Source of the DNA: Polyangiales bacterium
GTDB lineage: Bacteria; Myxococcota_A; Polyangia; Polyangiales; Polyangiaceae
Reading direction: 5' to 3'
Assembly (NCBI GenBank): GCA_038231275.1
Contig: JBBRLQ010000003.1
Span: forward strand, 172,340-236,339
DNA: 64,000 bases
Shown here: in pieces, positions 18,850 through 27,276 of the stretch
Numbering within the stretch: position 1 is the stretch's first letter
How the letters are laid out: every line of letters begins with the position of its first letter
Notes under the pieces: model-generated
Seen by the model: the letters and a program-made list of their open reading frames with translations, nothing else
Databases searched by the model: none
Told to the model about the DNA's origin: nothing
Made by a program: the position numbers and the translations under genes

Positions 18850-19761
18850 ATGCACCACCCCACTCGTCGAACCGCATCGGGTCCTCTGCTCCTCTCCTTC
18901 TTCTCGATCGCATGCGCGACCGGCGCCCCCGCGTGCTCGAGCGACGCCGCCGCGCCCGAGGCGCCGACCGAGCAAGCCCAGGCCTGGGGCACCCCGTGGA
19001 CGATGGACGGCGCGTTCGCCGACGAGCTCCGCGAGGTCACCGGGGACGATCCCGTCGGGCTCACCGCGTTCTGGCGCGGCACGAACGCGAGCGGCCGCTA
19101 CGACGGCGCGTACTTCCAGACGTGGCCCGGCGAGCGCATCCACGTCGGAGCGCTCGTCATCACCGGCTCGGGCAAGGCCGATGCGGGGCAGAACGATCTG
19201 AAGACGTTCCCGTTCCCCGACGGCGCCACCATCATCCCGTGTCTGCAATCGGTCGGCGGCATCCAGAGCGCGTACATGATCCGCACGAGCAACGGGATCG
19301 AAGCGCGCAAGCGCCTCGCGCAGTACGACGTCACCGGCTCGGAGCTCTTCGGGCACAGCGCCGGCGCGTGGGTCGCCGTCGTGATGGGCATCCTCGGTCG
19401 CGCGTCGCGCGTCGACGTGTACGGCGTCCCGTTCTTCTTCCCCATCCACGGCGAGCTCACGTGGGGGAGGACGACCATCGGCTTCCACACGCACGCGCAC
19501 GATCCGGTCGGCTTCGGGTTCGACGTGCCGGCGATGCTCGGTGCGATGGAGTACAACCAGATCCGGTACGGAGACGCGCAGCGCGAGCACGACACCTACC
19601 GCGATCCGGAGCCGGCCCAGACCCCGCTCACGGAAGACGAGTGGACGCGCGTTCGCGAGTACCTGGTCATCCGGCTGGAGATCGCGCTCGGGAAACTCCC
19701 CATCGACACGTGCTGGGGCAAGCCGTGCGTGGCCGATCACATGGGCGGTTCGGGCCTTTGA
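18850..19761 (+). CDS. secreted alpha/beta-hydrolase-like lipoprotein (GxSxG serine motif)
   Basis: Signal peptide plus lipobox (LLLSFFSIACATG). GHSAG nucleophile-elbow-like motif. Downstream His/Asp-rich region. Confidence 0.5.
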   Translation: MHHPTRRTASGPLLLSFFSIACATGAPACSSDAAAPEAPTEQAQAWGTPWTMDGAFADELREVTGDDPVGLTAFWRGTNASGRYDGAYFQTWPGERIHVGALVITGSGKADAGQNDLKTFPFPDGATIIPCLQSVGGIQSAYMIRTSNGIEARKRLAQYDVTGSELFGHSAGAWVAVVMGILGRASRVDVYGVPFFFPIHGELTWGRTTIGFHTHAHDPVGFGFDVPAMLGAMEYNQIRYGDAQREHDTYRDPEPAQTPLTEDEWTRVREYLVIRLEIALGKLPIDTCWGKPCVADHMGGSGL

Positions 19762-19837
19762 ATCGTCCGACGGCACCGCGAGCCGTGCCGCGTGATATCC
19801 AGCGGTGGCGGCGCCGGGTGTACGCGCCGGGTGAGGA

Positions 19838-21370
19838 ATGCCGATGGGGCCTGGTGCGTCGAGGGTTGGAGCAGGCGCGGCCGTCGTGCTCGCGGTGCTC
19901 GCGTCGTTACCCGTCGCGCGGGCGCAGGGAAATTACCGCGCGACGCCGACCGGCGGACGTTCTGCGCTCCTCGGGGACACCGGCATCGCGCTCGCCACCG
20001 ACGGCGCGTCGCCGTTCTTGAACCCCGCCACGATCGTCCGAATCCACGACGCGAGCCTCGCGTTCTCGGTGAGCTTCTTCTCGTTCACGAGCGCCACGTT
20101 CGCGGGGTGGCACCAGCCGGGCCCGGTCGACACCGGGCGCTTCGGTCCGCTCTCCGTCGACGCGTCGCGCGAGTCGACGAGCCGCTTCGACGCGATCCCG
20201 TCCACGCTCTGTCTATTTTTCACGGTCGCCGGCTGGGGCGATCCCAGCGACGCCAGCCTGGCGAAGGAGCCGCGCTTCTGGGCCGCGCCGCGCACCGGCC
20301 GACAGAAGCTCGCCGCGTGCCTCGGGACGACCGAGCAGCAGGAGCTCGATCTCCCCGCGGTGAACCTCCGCACGAGCGCGCCCGGCGGCATTTCGCACGC
20401 CGCGCAGTCGTTCCACCAGACGTTCCGCCGCGTCCACGTCGGCCCCAGCTACGGCATCGACGTGACCGACGCGCTCACGTTCGGCGTCTCGCTGCACGGC
20501 GTGATCACGTCGTACGCGTACCTCTGGTCGTCGAGCGCCATCACCAGCGACGCCTCCGGCGCCCCCGTCGCCACGAGCCTCGACGCGACGGGGAATGGGC
20601 GCTCGATCGATCTCGACGCGATCTTCGGCGCGACGTACCGCGCGGGGCGTCTCACCTTCGGCGCCTCGGCCAAGCCGCCCGCCCTCCATGCCGGCGGGAG
20701 CTACGACGCGAGCCTTCATCAGCAGGCGGGCGCCACCGGCCTCTCGAGCGCGCTGCTCACCACCGCGTCCGGGGATTTTCGTGCGCCGTCGCCCGGTCGC
20801 GTCGGCGTCGGCGTCGGCGCCGACCTCGGTCGCGCGAAGCTCGAGGTCGACGGGACCTACTTTTTTCCGCTCGATCGCGCGATGAGCGCGGATCTCCACG
20901 TCGACACCACCACGATCGCCAACGGCGTGGCGACGCCTTCGTCCAGCGACGCGGTGTACTCGGCGCGCGCGCGCCCGGTCGTCGACGGCGCGGCGGGCGT
21001 CGAATATTTCGTGTCGCCGACGTTGAGTGTCTTGGGCGGCGCGAGCTCCGACATCACGAGCGCGTCGGAGCTGAGCACGGCGTCGTCGGTCGGCGCGTTC
21101 CATCAAGCGCGCGTGAGCCGCGTCGGCGTGTCGGCGGGGCTCGGGTCGTACGGCTCCGGCGGCACGCTCCTCATCGGCGTGCGGCTGTCGACCGGGTGGG
21201 GCCAGGCGCTCGCCGTGAACCCGTACGTCGTTCCCAACGACTACGCCACCGTGGACACGCGCACGTACGGCGCGATGCTCGTCGTCGCGGGCTCCACGAG
21301 CTTCCGCGCCATCCGCGGCGTCGTCGACTCGGTCGGCGAGATCGTGAAGCCGAAGCGTGACGAGCCCTGA
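19838..21370 (+). CDS. secreted hypothetical protein (possible outer-membrane beta-barrel), 510 aa
   Basis: N-terminal signal peptide (AAVVLAVLASLPVARAQG). Alternating hydrophobic/polar Ser/Gly/Ala-rich composition throughout. Chosen over the overlapping alternative frame 19792..21360. Confidence 0.5.
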   Translation: MPMGPGASRVGAGAAVVLAVLASLPVARAQGNYRATPTGGRSALLGDTGIALATDGASPFLNPATIVRIHDASLAFSVSFFSFTSATFAGWHQPGPVDTGRFGPLSVDASRESTSRFDAIPSTLCLFFTVAGWGDPSDASLAKEPRFWAAPRTGRQKLAACLGTTEQQELDLPAVNLRTSAPGGISHAAQSFHQTFRRVHVGPSYGIDVTDALTFGVSLHGVITSYAYLWSSSAITSDASGAPVATSLDATGNGRSIDLDAIFGATYRAGRLTFGASAKPPALHAGGSYDASLHQQAGATGLSSALLTTASGDFRAPSPGRVGVGVGADLGRAKLEVDGTYFFPLDRAMSADLHVDTTTIANGVATPSSSDAVYSARARPVVDGAAGVEYFVSPTLSVLGGASSDITSASELSTASSVGAFHQARVSRVGVSAGLGSYGSGGTLLIGVRLSTGWGQALAVNPYVVPNDYATVDTRTYGAMLVVAGSTSFRAIRGVVDSVGEIVKPKRDEP

Positions 21371-21384
21371 CCGCGCGAGGCGAT

Positions 21385-22713
21385 CTACGGCAAGAACTCG
21401 CGCGTCAGGTTGCGGATCGACTCCGCGCCGCCGGTGACGACGACGTCGTCCTCGATGCGGACCCCGCCCATCTTGGCGAGCTCGTTCACGAGTGCCCAGT
21501 CGATCGCGCCCTCGTGCGGACCTTCTTTGAGCGGCGCGAGGAGCGCGTCGATGAAGTAGATCCCCGGCTCGATCGTGAAGACCTGCCCCTCGGCAATGAC
21601 CGACGTGTTGCGGAGGAACGGGTTCTCCGCCTTCGGCTTCACCAGCGCGCAGCCGACGTCGTGGCACTGGAGGCCGAGCGAGTGGCCGAGCCCGTGCGGG
21701 AAGAACGCGCGCGTGATCCCCGCGGAGACCGCCTCCTCCGCGCTCAAGGTCGTCACGCCCGCTTCGCGCAAGGTCGCGCCGACGTGGCGGTGCGCCTCCT
21801 CGTGGAGCGCCTCGTAGTTGTTTCCGACCGCGACGTCCGTGCACAGCTTCTTTTGGAACCGCTCGACGCCGTCGACGAGGCTCGCGAACGCGCTCGCCGC
21901 CGCGCCGGAGCCCTTCACGAAGGTGCGCGTGATGTCGGAGCAGTAGCCCTGGAACGTGGCGCCGGCGTCGAGGAGGAGCGCCTGTGAGCCGGGCGCGCCG
22001 GGGGAGTGGCGGCCGTACTTGATGTGGTGGAGCGTCGCGGCGTTCTCGCCGAGCGCGACGATGTTCTTGTACGGCGTCTCTGGATCGTCCTGTCCGGTCA
22101 CGCGCAAATAGAGGAGGTGTAGCTCGAGCTCGCTCGCGTCGCCCGCGCGGAATGCCCGCCCGACCGCGTCGTGTCCGCGCGCGGCGCGTCGGTTTGCCTC
22201 CTCGAGGCACATGATCTCGTACGGCGTCTTCGTCACGCGCAACTGATCGAGGCGCTCCACGAGCCCCTTCGGGTTCACGTCGGCCGCCGCGAAGCCCCAC
22301 GCCTCGCCGCGCAATCGCTCCTCGCCGACGAACGCCGCGCGCTTCTTCGGCAGGTGCTCGTCGGCCTCTTCCGGCGTCGTCACGTGCACGATGTCGAACG
22401 CGGGCAGCCAATGATCTGTCTCCGGCGTCGCCGGCTTCTCCCAGAAGCTTCCGTCGCGCAGCCACACGAGCTTCGGCTTCTTTCCGTTCGCGACGACGAG
22501 CGCGCACTCCGGCTCGTCGAGGGGGAGCCAGTGTTGGAAATGCGGCGTCGCGCGCAGCGGCCAGTACTGGTCGTCGAAGTCGCTGCGCTTCTTCAGCGCG
22601 CCGGAGTGAATGACGACGGCGTCGTACGCCGCGCCCACGAGCGCTTCCTCGTACTTGCCTTGCAGGTGGGCGACGTGGGCGATGTAAAGGCGCGCCAGCT
22701 TTTCGAGGTTCAC
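21385..22713 (-). CDS. Xaa-Pro dipeptidase / aminopeptidase P family (M24B metallopeptidase)
   Basis: 442 aa. M24 pita-bread metal-ligand motifs (LLLDAGATFQGYCSDITRT; FPHGLGHSLGLQCHD; VFTIEPGIY; GVRIEDDVVV). Confidence 0.85.
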   Translation of the reverse strand: MNLEKLARLYIAHVAHLQGKYEEALVGAAYDAVVIHSGALKKRSDFDDQYWPLRATPHFQHWLPLDEPECALVVANGKKPKLVWLRDGSFWEKPATPETDHWLPAFDIVHVTTPEEADEHLPKKRAAFVGEERLRGEAWGFAAADVNPKGLVERLDQLRVTKTPYEIMCLEEANRRAARGHDAVGRAFRAGDASELELHLLYLRVTGQDDPETPYKNIVALGENAATLHHIKYGRHSPGAPGSQALLLDAGATFQGYCSDITRTFVKGSGAAASAFASLVDGVERFQKKLCTDVAVGNNYEALHEEAHRHVGATLREAGVTTLSAEEAVSAGITRAFFPHGLGHSLGLQCHDVGCALVKPKAENPFLRNTSVIAEGQVFTIEPGIYFIDALLAPLKEGPHEGAIDWALVNELAKMGGVRIEDDVVVTGGAESIRNLTREFLP

Positions 22714-22779
22714 GCGGAGAGCCTAGTCCCCGCGGCCTTCTTCGCCAAGGCGGAGCGGGCCGCGCGTGTCCAATCCATC

Positions 22780-23382
22780 GTGAAAATAAGGCGATTGTTC
22801 GTCACAGTCCTCCTCGCGAACGCGACGATCGGAGCGACACCCGGGTCGCCGCCTTCGCCTCCGCCTTCGCCTCCGCCCTCGCCTCCCGCGGCCCCGGTCT
22901 TGGCCCCCAAGCTCAAGAATCAGGCGCTCCACAGCCCGATCCCCGGCGGCGTCCTCGGCGGCTGGAACGGCGACACCGGTCTCGACATCTCGGCGAGCTT
23001 CCGCACGGTCCACGCGATCGCAGCCGGCACGCTCGACTACTCGGAGACGGGACACACGGTGTGGACGCGCGGCAAGGACACGCCGAACAGCGTGCGCCTC
23101 GCCCTCGACGCGCCGATCGCCTGGAAAGATCGTCGAATCACGCATGTATATTACACGCATATGTCACGCCTCGAAACCGTGCAGCACGAAGGGGACACCC
23201 CGAGAAAGCACGTCGAGGCCGGCGAAAAGCTCGGAGTGTCAGGCATCGGCAACGGCGTGCCGCACCTCCACGTCGGGCTGCTCCTCGACGGCAACGTGGA
23301 GCAGGACTCGTGGGACACGCTCCTCGTCGAGGGGGACATCCGCAAGGTCTTCGGCGGCTACCGCAATGGCGAGCGGATCTGA
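22780..23382 (+). CDS. secreted M23 family (LytM-like) peptidase domain protein
   Basis: GTG start with signal peptide (VKIRRLFVTVLLANATIGA). (SPP)n linker. M23 motifs (HVYYTHMS..; GNGVPHLHVGL). Confidence 0.7.
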   Translation: MKIRRLFVTVLLANATIGATPGSPPSPPPSPPPSPPAAPVLAPKLKNQALHSPIPGGVLGGWNGDTGLDISASFRTVHAIAAGTLDYSETGHTVWTRGKDTPNSVRLALDAPIAWKDRRITHVYYTHMSRLETVQHEGDTPRKHVEAGEKLGVSGIGNGVPHLHVGLLLDGNVEQDSWDTLLVEGDIRKVFGGYRNGERI

Positions 23383-23451
23383 GCGCCCTGGGTGTGCCGC
23401 AACGTGTGCCATGGGAATCGTCGAAACCCCGAGAAAGTGCACGTGACGTCG

Positions 23452-23467
23452 CGGCACGGCCGTTGCT
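23452..23467 (+). promoter_or_regulatory. candidate sigma-54 promoter CGGCACGGCCGTTGCT upstream of the (SSG)n lipoprotein gene
   Basis: 15 of 16 matches to TGGCACG-N4-TTGCW. The -12 GC is 14 nt before the ATG at 23480. Confidence 0.45.
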
Positions 23468-23479
23468 GATGGACAGGGG

Positions 23480-24982
23480 ATGCGCCTCTCTCTCGTCGTC
23501 GCCCTGCTTCCTCTCCTGTCGGTCGCCGCGTGCGGCGGGCGCTTCCAAGCCATCGACGATGGGTCGAGCGGCAGCAGCGGGTCGAGCGGCAGCAGCGGGT
23601 CGAGCGGCAGCAGCGGGTCGAGCGGCAGCAGCGGGTCGAGCGGCAGCAGCGGATCGAGCGGCAGCAGCGGATCGAGCGGCAGCAGCGGATCGAGCGGGGA
23701 CGTGGGGGGCCTCACGCTGGGCTCGTACGATCTGACATTTTCTCTGGTGACGCAGGACACGCAAGGTGGCCTCTTTGGGCCGCCGCCGTCGATCAACCAC
23801 GCGTTCCGCGTGGATCTCGTAGAGAGCAAGGGGACCGTGCTCGGGCTGGTGACGCCACGATGGGGCGCGCCGTCGATCTACTCCGTGGCGATCGAGCCGA
23901 GCTCCGTGGTGCTGAGCGGCAAGGGGAAGTACAGCGAGAATTTTTCGACCGACACGTGGAGCACGATCACGATCTGGCGCGTCCACTCCGGCGGGCTTTC
24001 GGCGAGCTTCGACGCGACCGGCGTGGAGGACGCGAGCGGTGGCGACATCATCGCGCACGGCAACATCCGCGGGAGCGGCTTCCTTACCGTCGACGCGCTC
24101 GCGCCGGAGGTCCGCATCGGCGCGACGTCGCCCATGGGGCCCGAGGGCGCGCTCCTCCCCTGGGATCCGATCACGCTCACGTTCGCCGAGACGGTGTCGA
24201 GCGCCGGCGATCCGTTCGCCAGTTTCGCCATCACCTCGAACGGCGGCGCGCCCGTCGGTCTGAAGGTCGACGCTCCGGTGAACGCCCCGGCCCCGTTCGC
24301 CGGAGTCATCGCCGGCGCAGCGCGCCTCACGAGCTTCGCCCCGATCGGCGCCTCGACGGTCGCGTGGCCCAATGGCCTCGCCGATCCCGCCGGGCACGCG
24401 CTCGGCGCCGTGAAGCAGCCGCTTTCGTTCCTGCCGCTGCCGGTCTCCCTGAAGCAGCACACCTTCGACGGCGACGTCGTGACCGTCGGCACCTGGGGCT
24501 CCACGACGCTGCTCGGCGGGCTCGGCGGCCCCGACGCGTCGTGCGAGAGCGGCGGCTGCGCGCAGATCGGCTCCTTCCTCGATGGGTATTGCCAGGGGCA
24601 GACGCAGCGCCTCGGCGTCGCCGCGCGCCTCGATACGAGCGCGGCGACCGGCATCTCGATTCGCTACCGCGTCTTCGTCGAGGACAAGGGTAGCGGCGCG
24701 CCGTACATTCCTGCGGCATTCGCGGTGCAGACGGCGGCGCCGGGCTCGAACGTCCACACCGAAAGCGTCAACCCGACGCCTAGCGATTGGAAGAAGCTGG
24801 CCGCGCCGTGGAAGGGAATGGGCTGGGCGACCGACTGGACCACCATGAGCTTCGGCGTGCCCATCGCGAAGGAGACCGGCGTAGGCATCATCGCGGGCAG
24901 CGGCCCCAACTCGAGCCCGTGCGGCCTCGTCCCCGCGCCGTCGAACGTGATCGTCCTCGTCGACTCGATCTCCGCGAACTAG
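23480..24982 (+). CDS. lipoprotein with long (SSG)n linker and about 430-aa C-terminal domain of unknown function
   Basis: Signal peptide plus lipobox (LLPLLSVAACGG); (SSG)x~17 run; remaining sequence has no motif recognised by eye. Confidence 0.65.
   Translation: MRLSLVVALLPLLSVAACGGRFQAIDDGSSGSSGSSGSSGSSGSSGSSGSSGSSGSSGSSGSSGSSGSSGSSGDVGGLTLGSYDLTFSLVTQDTQGGLFGPPPSINHAFRVDLVESKGTVLGLVTPRWGAPSIYSVAIEPSSVVLSGKGKYSENFSTDTWSTITIWRVHSGGLSASFDATGVEDASGGDIIAHGNIRGSGFLTVDALAPEVRIGATSPMGPEGALLPWDPITLTFAETVSSAGDPFASFAITSNGGAPVGLKVDAPVNAPAPFAGVIAGAARLTSFAPIGASTVAWPNGLADPAGHALGAVKQPLSFLPLPVSLKQHTFDGDVVTVGTWGSTTLLGGLGGPDASCESGGCAQIGSFLDGYCQGQTQRLGVAARLDTSAATGISIRYRVFVEDKGSGAPYIPAAFAVQTAAPGSNVHTESVNPTPSDWKKLAAPWKGMGWATDWTTMSFGVPIAKETGVGIIAGSGPNSSPCGLVPAPSNVIVLVDSISAN
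23561..23696. repeat. 18-bp tandem DNA repeat (about 7.5 copies; GGGTCGAGCGGCAGCAGC with a G/A variant) encoding (SSG)n
   Basis: Near-perfect copies; two sub-variants (gggtcg.. x5 then ggatcg.. x3). Confidence 0.8.
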
Positions 24983-25022
24983 TGGAGCGGAGCGCAGCCG
25001 ACCGAAGCGACTCATGACGGAG

Positions 25023-25051
25023 AGGCCTGACCGGCTTTTTCGGTCAGGCCT
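25023..25051. terminator. 11-bp-stem hairpin (AGGCCTGACCG-gcttttt-CGGTCAGGCCT) between convergent genes; probable bidirectional terminator
   Basis: Perfect inverted repeat in the 82-bp convergent gap (24983..25064). Confidence 0.55.
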
Positions 25052-25064
25052 TGAGACGCGTCGA

Positions 25065-25655
25065 TCACACCGCGATGAGGTGGCCGGAGCGGCGCGCCTT
25101 GGTCGCGAGGTACGACGCGTTGTGGTGGCCGGCCGGCATCGCGTGCGGCACGCGCTCCGCGATCACGATCCCGCACGCCTCGAGCTGCCGGAGCTTGTCG
25201 GGGTTGTTGGTGAGCAGGCTCACCGAACGGACGCCGAGGATCCGCAGCATTCCTGCGGCCGGCGAGTAGTCGCGCTCGTCGTCCTTGAAGCCCAGCGCGA
25301 GGTTCGCGTCGACGGTGTCGAACCCTTGCTCCTGCAGCCGGTAGGCGCGCACCTTGTTGACGAGCCCGATGCCGCGCCCTTCTTGCCGCATGTAGAGCAG
25401 CACGCCGCGCGGCGCCGCGCCGATGCGCTCGAGCCCGCGTTCCAGTTGGTCGCGGCAGTCGCAGCGGAGCGACCCCATGACGTCGCCCGTCAAGCACTCC
25501 GAGTGCATGCGGGTCAGGACTCCCTCCTCGCCGAACACGTCGCCGTGCACGAGCGCGACGTGCTCCTTCTTGTCCTTCGCGTCGACGAAGACGTGGATAC
25601 GGAAGCGTCCGAAGCGGGTTGGCAGCTCGGCAATGCTCGCGAGGTCGATGGTCAT
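25065..25655 (-). CDS. ribA: GTP cyclohydrolase II (riboflavin biosynthesis)
   Basis: 196 aa. Zinc Cys cluster and catalytic motifs (HSECLTGDVMGSLRCDCRDQL; YMRQEGRGIGLVNKVRAY). Confidence 0.9.
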   Translation of the reverse strand: MTIDLASIAELPTRFGRFRIHVFVDAKDKKEHVALVHGDVFGEEGVLTRMHSECLTGDVMGSLRCDCRDQLERGLERIGAAPRGVLLYMRQEGRGIGLVNKVRAYRLQEQGFDTVDANLALGFKDDERDYSPAAGMLRILGVRSVSLLTNNPDKLRQLEACGIVIAERVPHAMPAGHHNASYLATKARRSGHLIAV

Positions 25656-25684
25656 GGGGTCTTTCGCTTCGGTCGGTTACGCGT

Positions 25685-26215
25685 TCACTTGGGGAGGAGG
25701 ACCGTGTCGACGACGTGGATGACGCCGTTGGTGCACTCGATGTCGGCCTTGGTGACCTTGGCGCCGTTGATCATGACGTTGCCGCCGCTGGCGTTGATGG
25801 TCACCTCGCCGCCCTGCACGGTCTTCGCGCTCTTCAGCGTGACGACGTCGGACGAGCCCACGTGTCCGGATACGACGTGGTACGTGAGCACAGCCTTCAG
25901 CTTGGCCTTGTTCTCCGGCTTGAGCAGGTCGTCGACGGTGCCGGCCGGGAGCTTGGCGAACGCCTCGTCGGTCGGCGCGAAGACGGTGAACGGACCGGGT
26001 CCTTTGAGCGTGTCGACGAGGTCGGCGGCCTTGAGCGCCGTCACGAGCGTCTTGAAGGAGCCGGCACCGACCGCGGTGTCGACGATGTCGCTCTTTGCGG
26101 TCGCGCTGGTGGGAGAGGCCATGCCGGGCTCGGCCGAGTTAGCCCCACCGCACGCCGCGAGCGCGAGCATGGACAGCGTGGAGGCGGCGAGGAGCGTTCG
26201 GAGCAAGGGATTCAT
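25685..26215 (-). CDS. fasciclin (FAS1) domain lipoprotein
   Basis: Signal peptide plus lipobox ([16 protein letters not shown]). FAS1 motifs ([11 protein letters not shown]..; VLTYHVV..; [14 protein letters not shown]). Confidence 0.8.
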   Translation of the reverse strand: MNPLLRTLLAASTLSMLALAACGGANSAEPGMASPTSATAKSDIVDTAVGAGSFKTLVTALKAADLVDTLKGPGPFTVFAPTDEAFAKLPAGTVDDLLKPENKAKLKAVLTYHVVSGHVGSSDVVTLKSAKTVQGGEVTINASGGNVMINGAKVTKADIECTNGVIHVVDTVLLPK

Positions 26216-26271
26216 CGTGGGGACCTCTTTCGGGTGGTTGGTGAGTTTCGAGTCCCCCATTGTTTAATGCT

Positions 26272-26304
26272 TGTCCAATTATTGTCAAGGATTGGTCTTA
26301 GACG
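26272..26304. promoter_or_regulatory. three tandem 11-bp direct repeats (TTGTCCAATTA TTGTCAAGGAT TGGTCTTAGAC); candidate CarH-type operator in the divergent promoter region
   Basis: Direct repeats at exact 11-bp phasing, 22-54 bp upstream of the GTG start of the MerR/B12 gene. Bottom strand reads TAATTGGACAA/ATCCTTGACAA, resembling the reported nAnnTnnACAn half-sites. Confidence 0.45.
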
Positions 26305-26325
26305 AAACCGTGCTAGTCTCTCCTT

Positions 26326-27252
26326 GTGCCTGCCCACGAATCCCGCGCGCGAGCGCGTAGCGCCGAGCCCGGGTACTCGATCCGCGTCGCCTCGCGTCTC
26401 ACGCAGATCGAGCCCGACACCCTCCGCATGTGGGAGCGCCGTTACGGCTTCCCGGTGCCAACGCGCACGGCGGGAGGAAGCCGCGTCTACACCGAGGCGG
26501 ACGTCCAGACGCTCCTCCTCGTGAAGCGCGCGATGAAGGCGGGCTACCGGCCCGGCGAGATCGTCGGCCGCCGCGCCGAAGAGATCGCGCAGATGATCGC
26601 GCGCAGCGGTCCGGTGGCGGAGGACGCGCCGGCGCAGCCCGCGTCGATGGACGCCGTCCTCACCGCGCTCGCGCGCGACGACGCGAGGCAGGTACGCCTC
26701 GAGATCAAGAACCTCGCGCTCGTGCTCGGCCCCAAGCGCTTCGTCACGGACCTCGCGTATCCGCTCGCGAAGAAGGTCGGCGAGCTGTGGCAAGCGGGGA
26801 AGCTGGAGGTGCGGCAAGAACACCTCCTCTCCGAGTCGCTCGCGACCCAGCTGCGCGTTCTCCTCTCCGCGTTCGAGGACGCGCAAGAGGGGCCGAACGT
26901 GGTCTTGACGACGCTCCCCGACGAGCCGCACGGCCTCGGCCTCACCATGATCGCGCTCTACTGCGCGATCCATCAGGTCGTGCCGCGCCTCCTCGGCGTG
27001 AACACGCCTCCCGAGCAGATCGTCGCGGCGGCGACGGCGCTCGACGTGTCGGCGGTCGGCCTCTCGGTGGTGCTCCCGCCCGATCCGGCGCGCGCGGCGA
27101 AGCAAATCCGCTGGATCGCCGGCGAGCTCCCGCGAAAGGTGCGCTTGTGGGTCGGCGGCATGGGCACGCCTGCCCTAGGCCTCAAGGGAGACTCGGTCGA
27201 CGTCGTGCAGACGTGGGCGCAGCTCGACGACGTGATCGCGGCGCTGCGCTGA
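26326..27252 (+). CDS. MerR-family HTH regulator fused to a cobalamin (B12)-binding domain (CarH/LitR-like light-responsive repressor candidate)
   Basis: N-terminal MerR HTH (YSIRVASRLTQIEPDTLRMWERRYGFP). C-terminal B12-binding Rossmann region with lower-axial-His motif E-P-H-G-L-G (ExHxxG) within VVLTTLPDEPHGLGLTMIAL. Confidence 0.8.
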   Translation: MPAHESRARARSAEPGYSIRVASRLTQIEPDTLRMWERRYGFPVPTRTAGGSRVYTEADVQTLLLVKRAMKAGYRPGEIVGRRAEEIAQMIARSGPVAEDAPAQPASMDAVLTALARDDARQVRLEIKNLALVLGPKRFVTDLAYPLAKKVGELWQAGKLEVRQEHLLSESLATQLRVLLSAFEDAQEGPNVVLTTLPDEPHGLGLTMIALYCAIHQVVPRLLGVNTPPEQIVAAATALDVSAVGLSVVLPPDPARAAKQIRWIAGELPRKVRLWVGGMGTPALGLKGDSVDVVQTWAQLDDVIAALR

Positions 27253-27276
27253 GAGCGCGGTCCGCCACGGCTCCCG

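Noticed and set aside
16631-19776. ORFs 16631..19201 (+, 856 aa) and 18076..19776 (-, 566 aa)
   Set aside because: Antisense artefacts over the SLH-glycosidase and hydrolase genes. Composition is dominated by R/A/G/P and no domain motifs appear.
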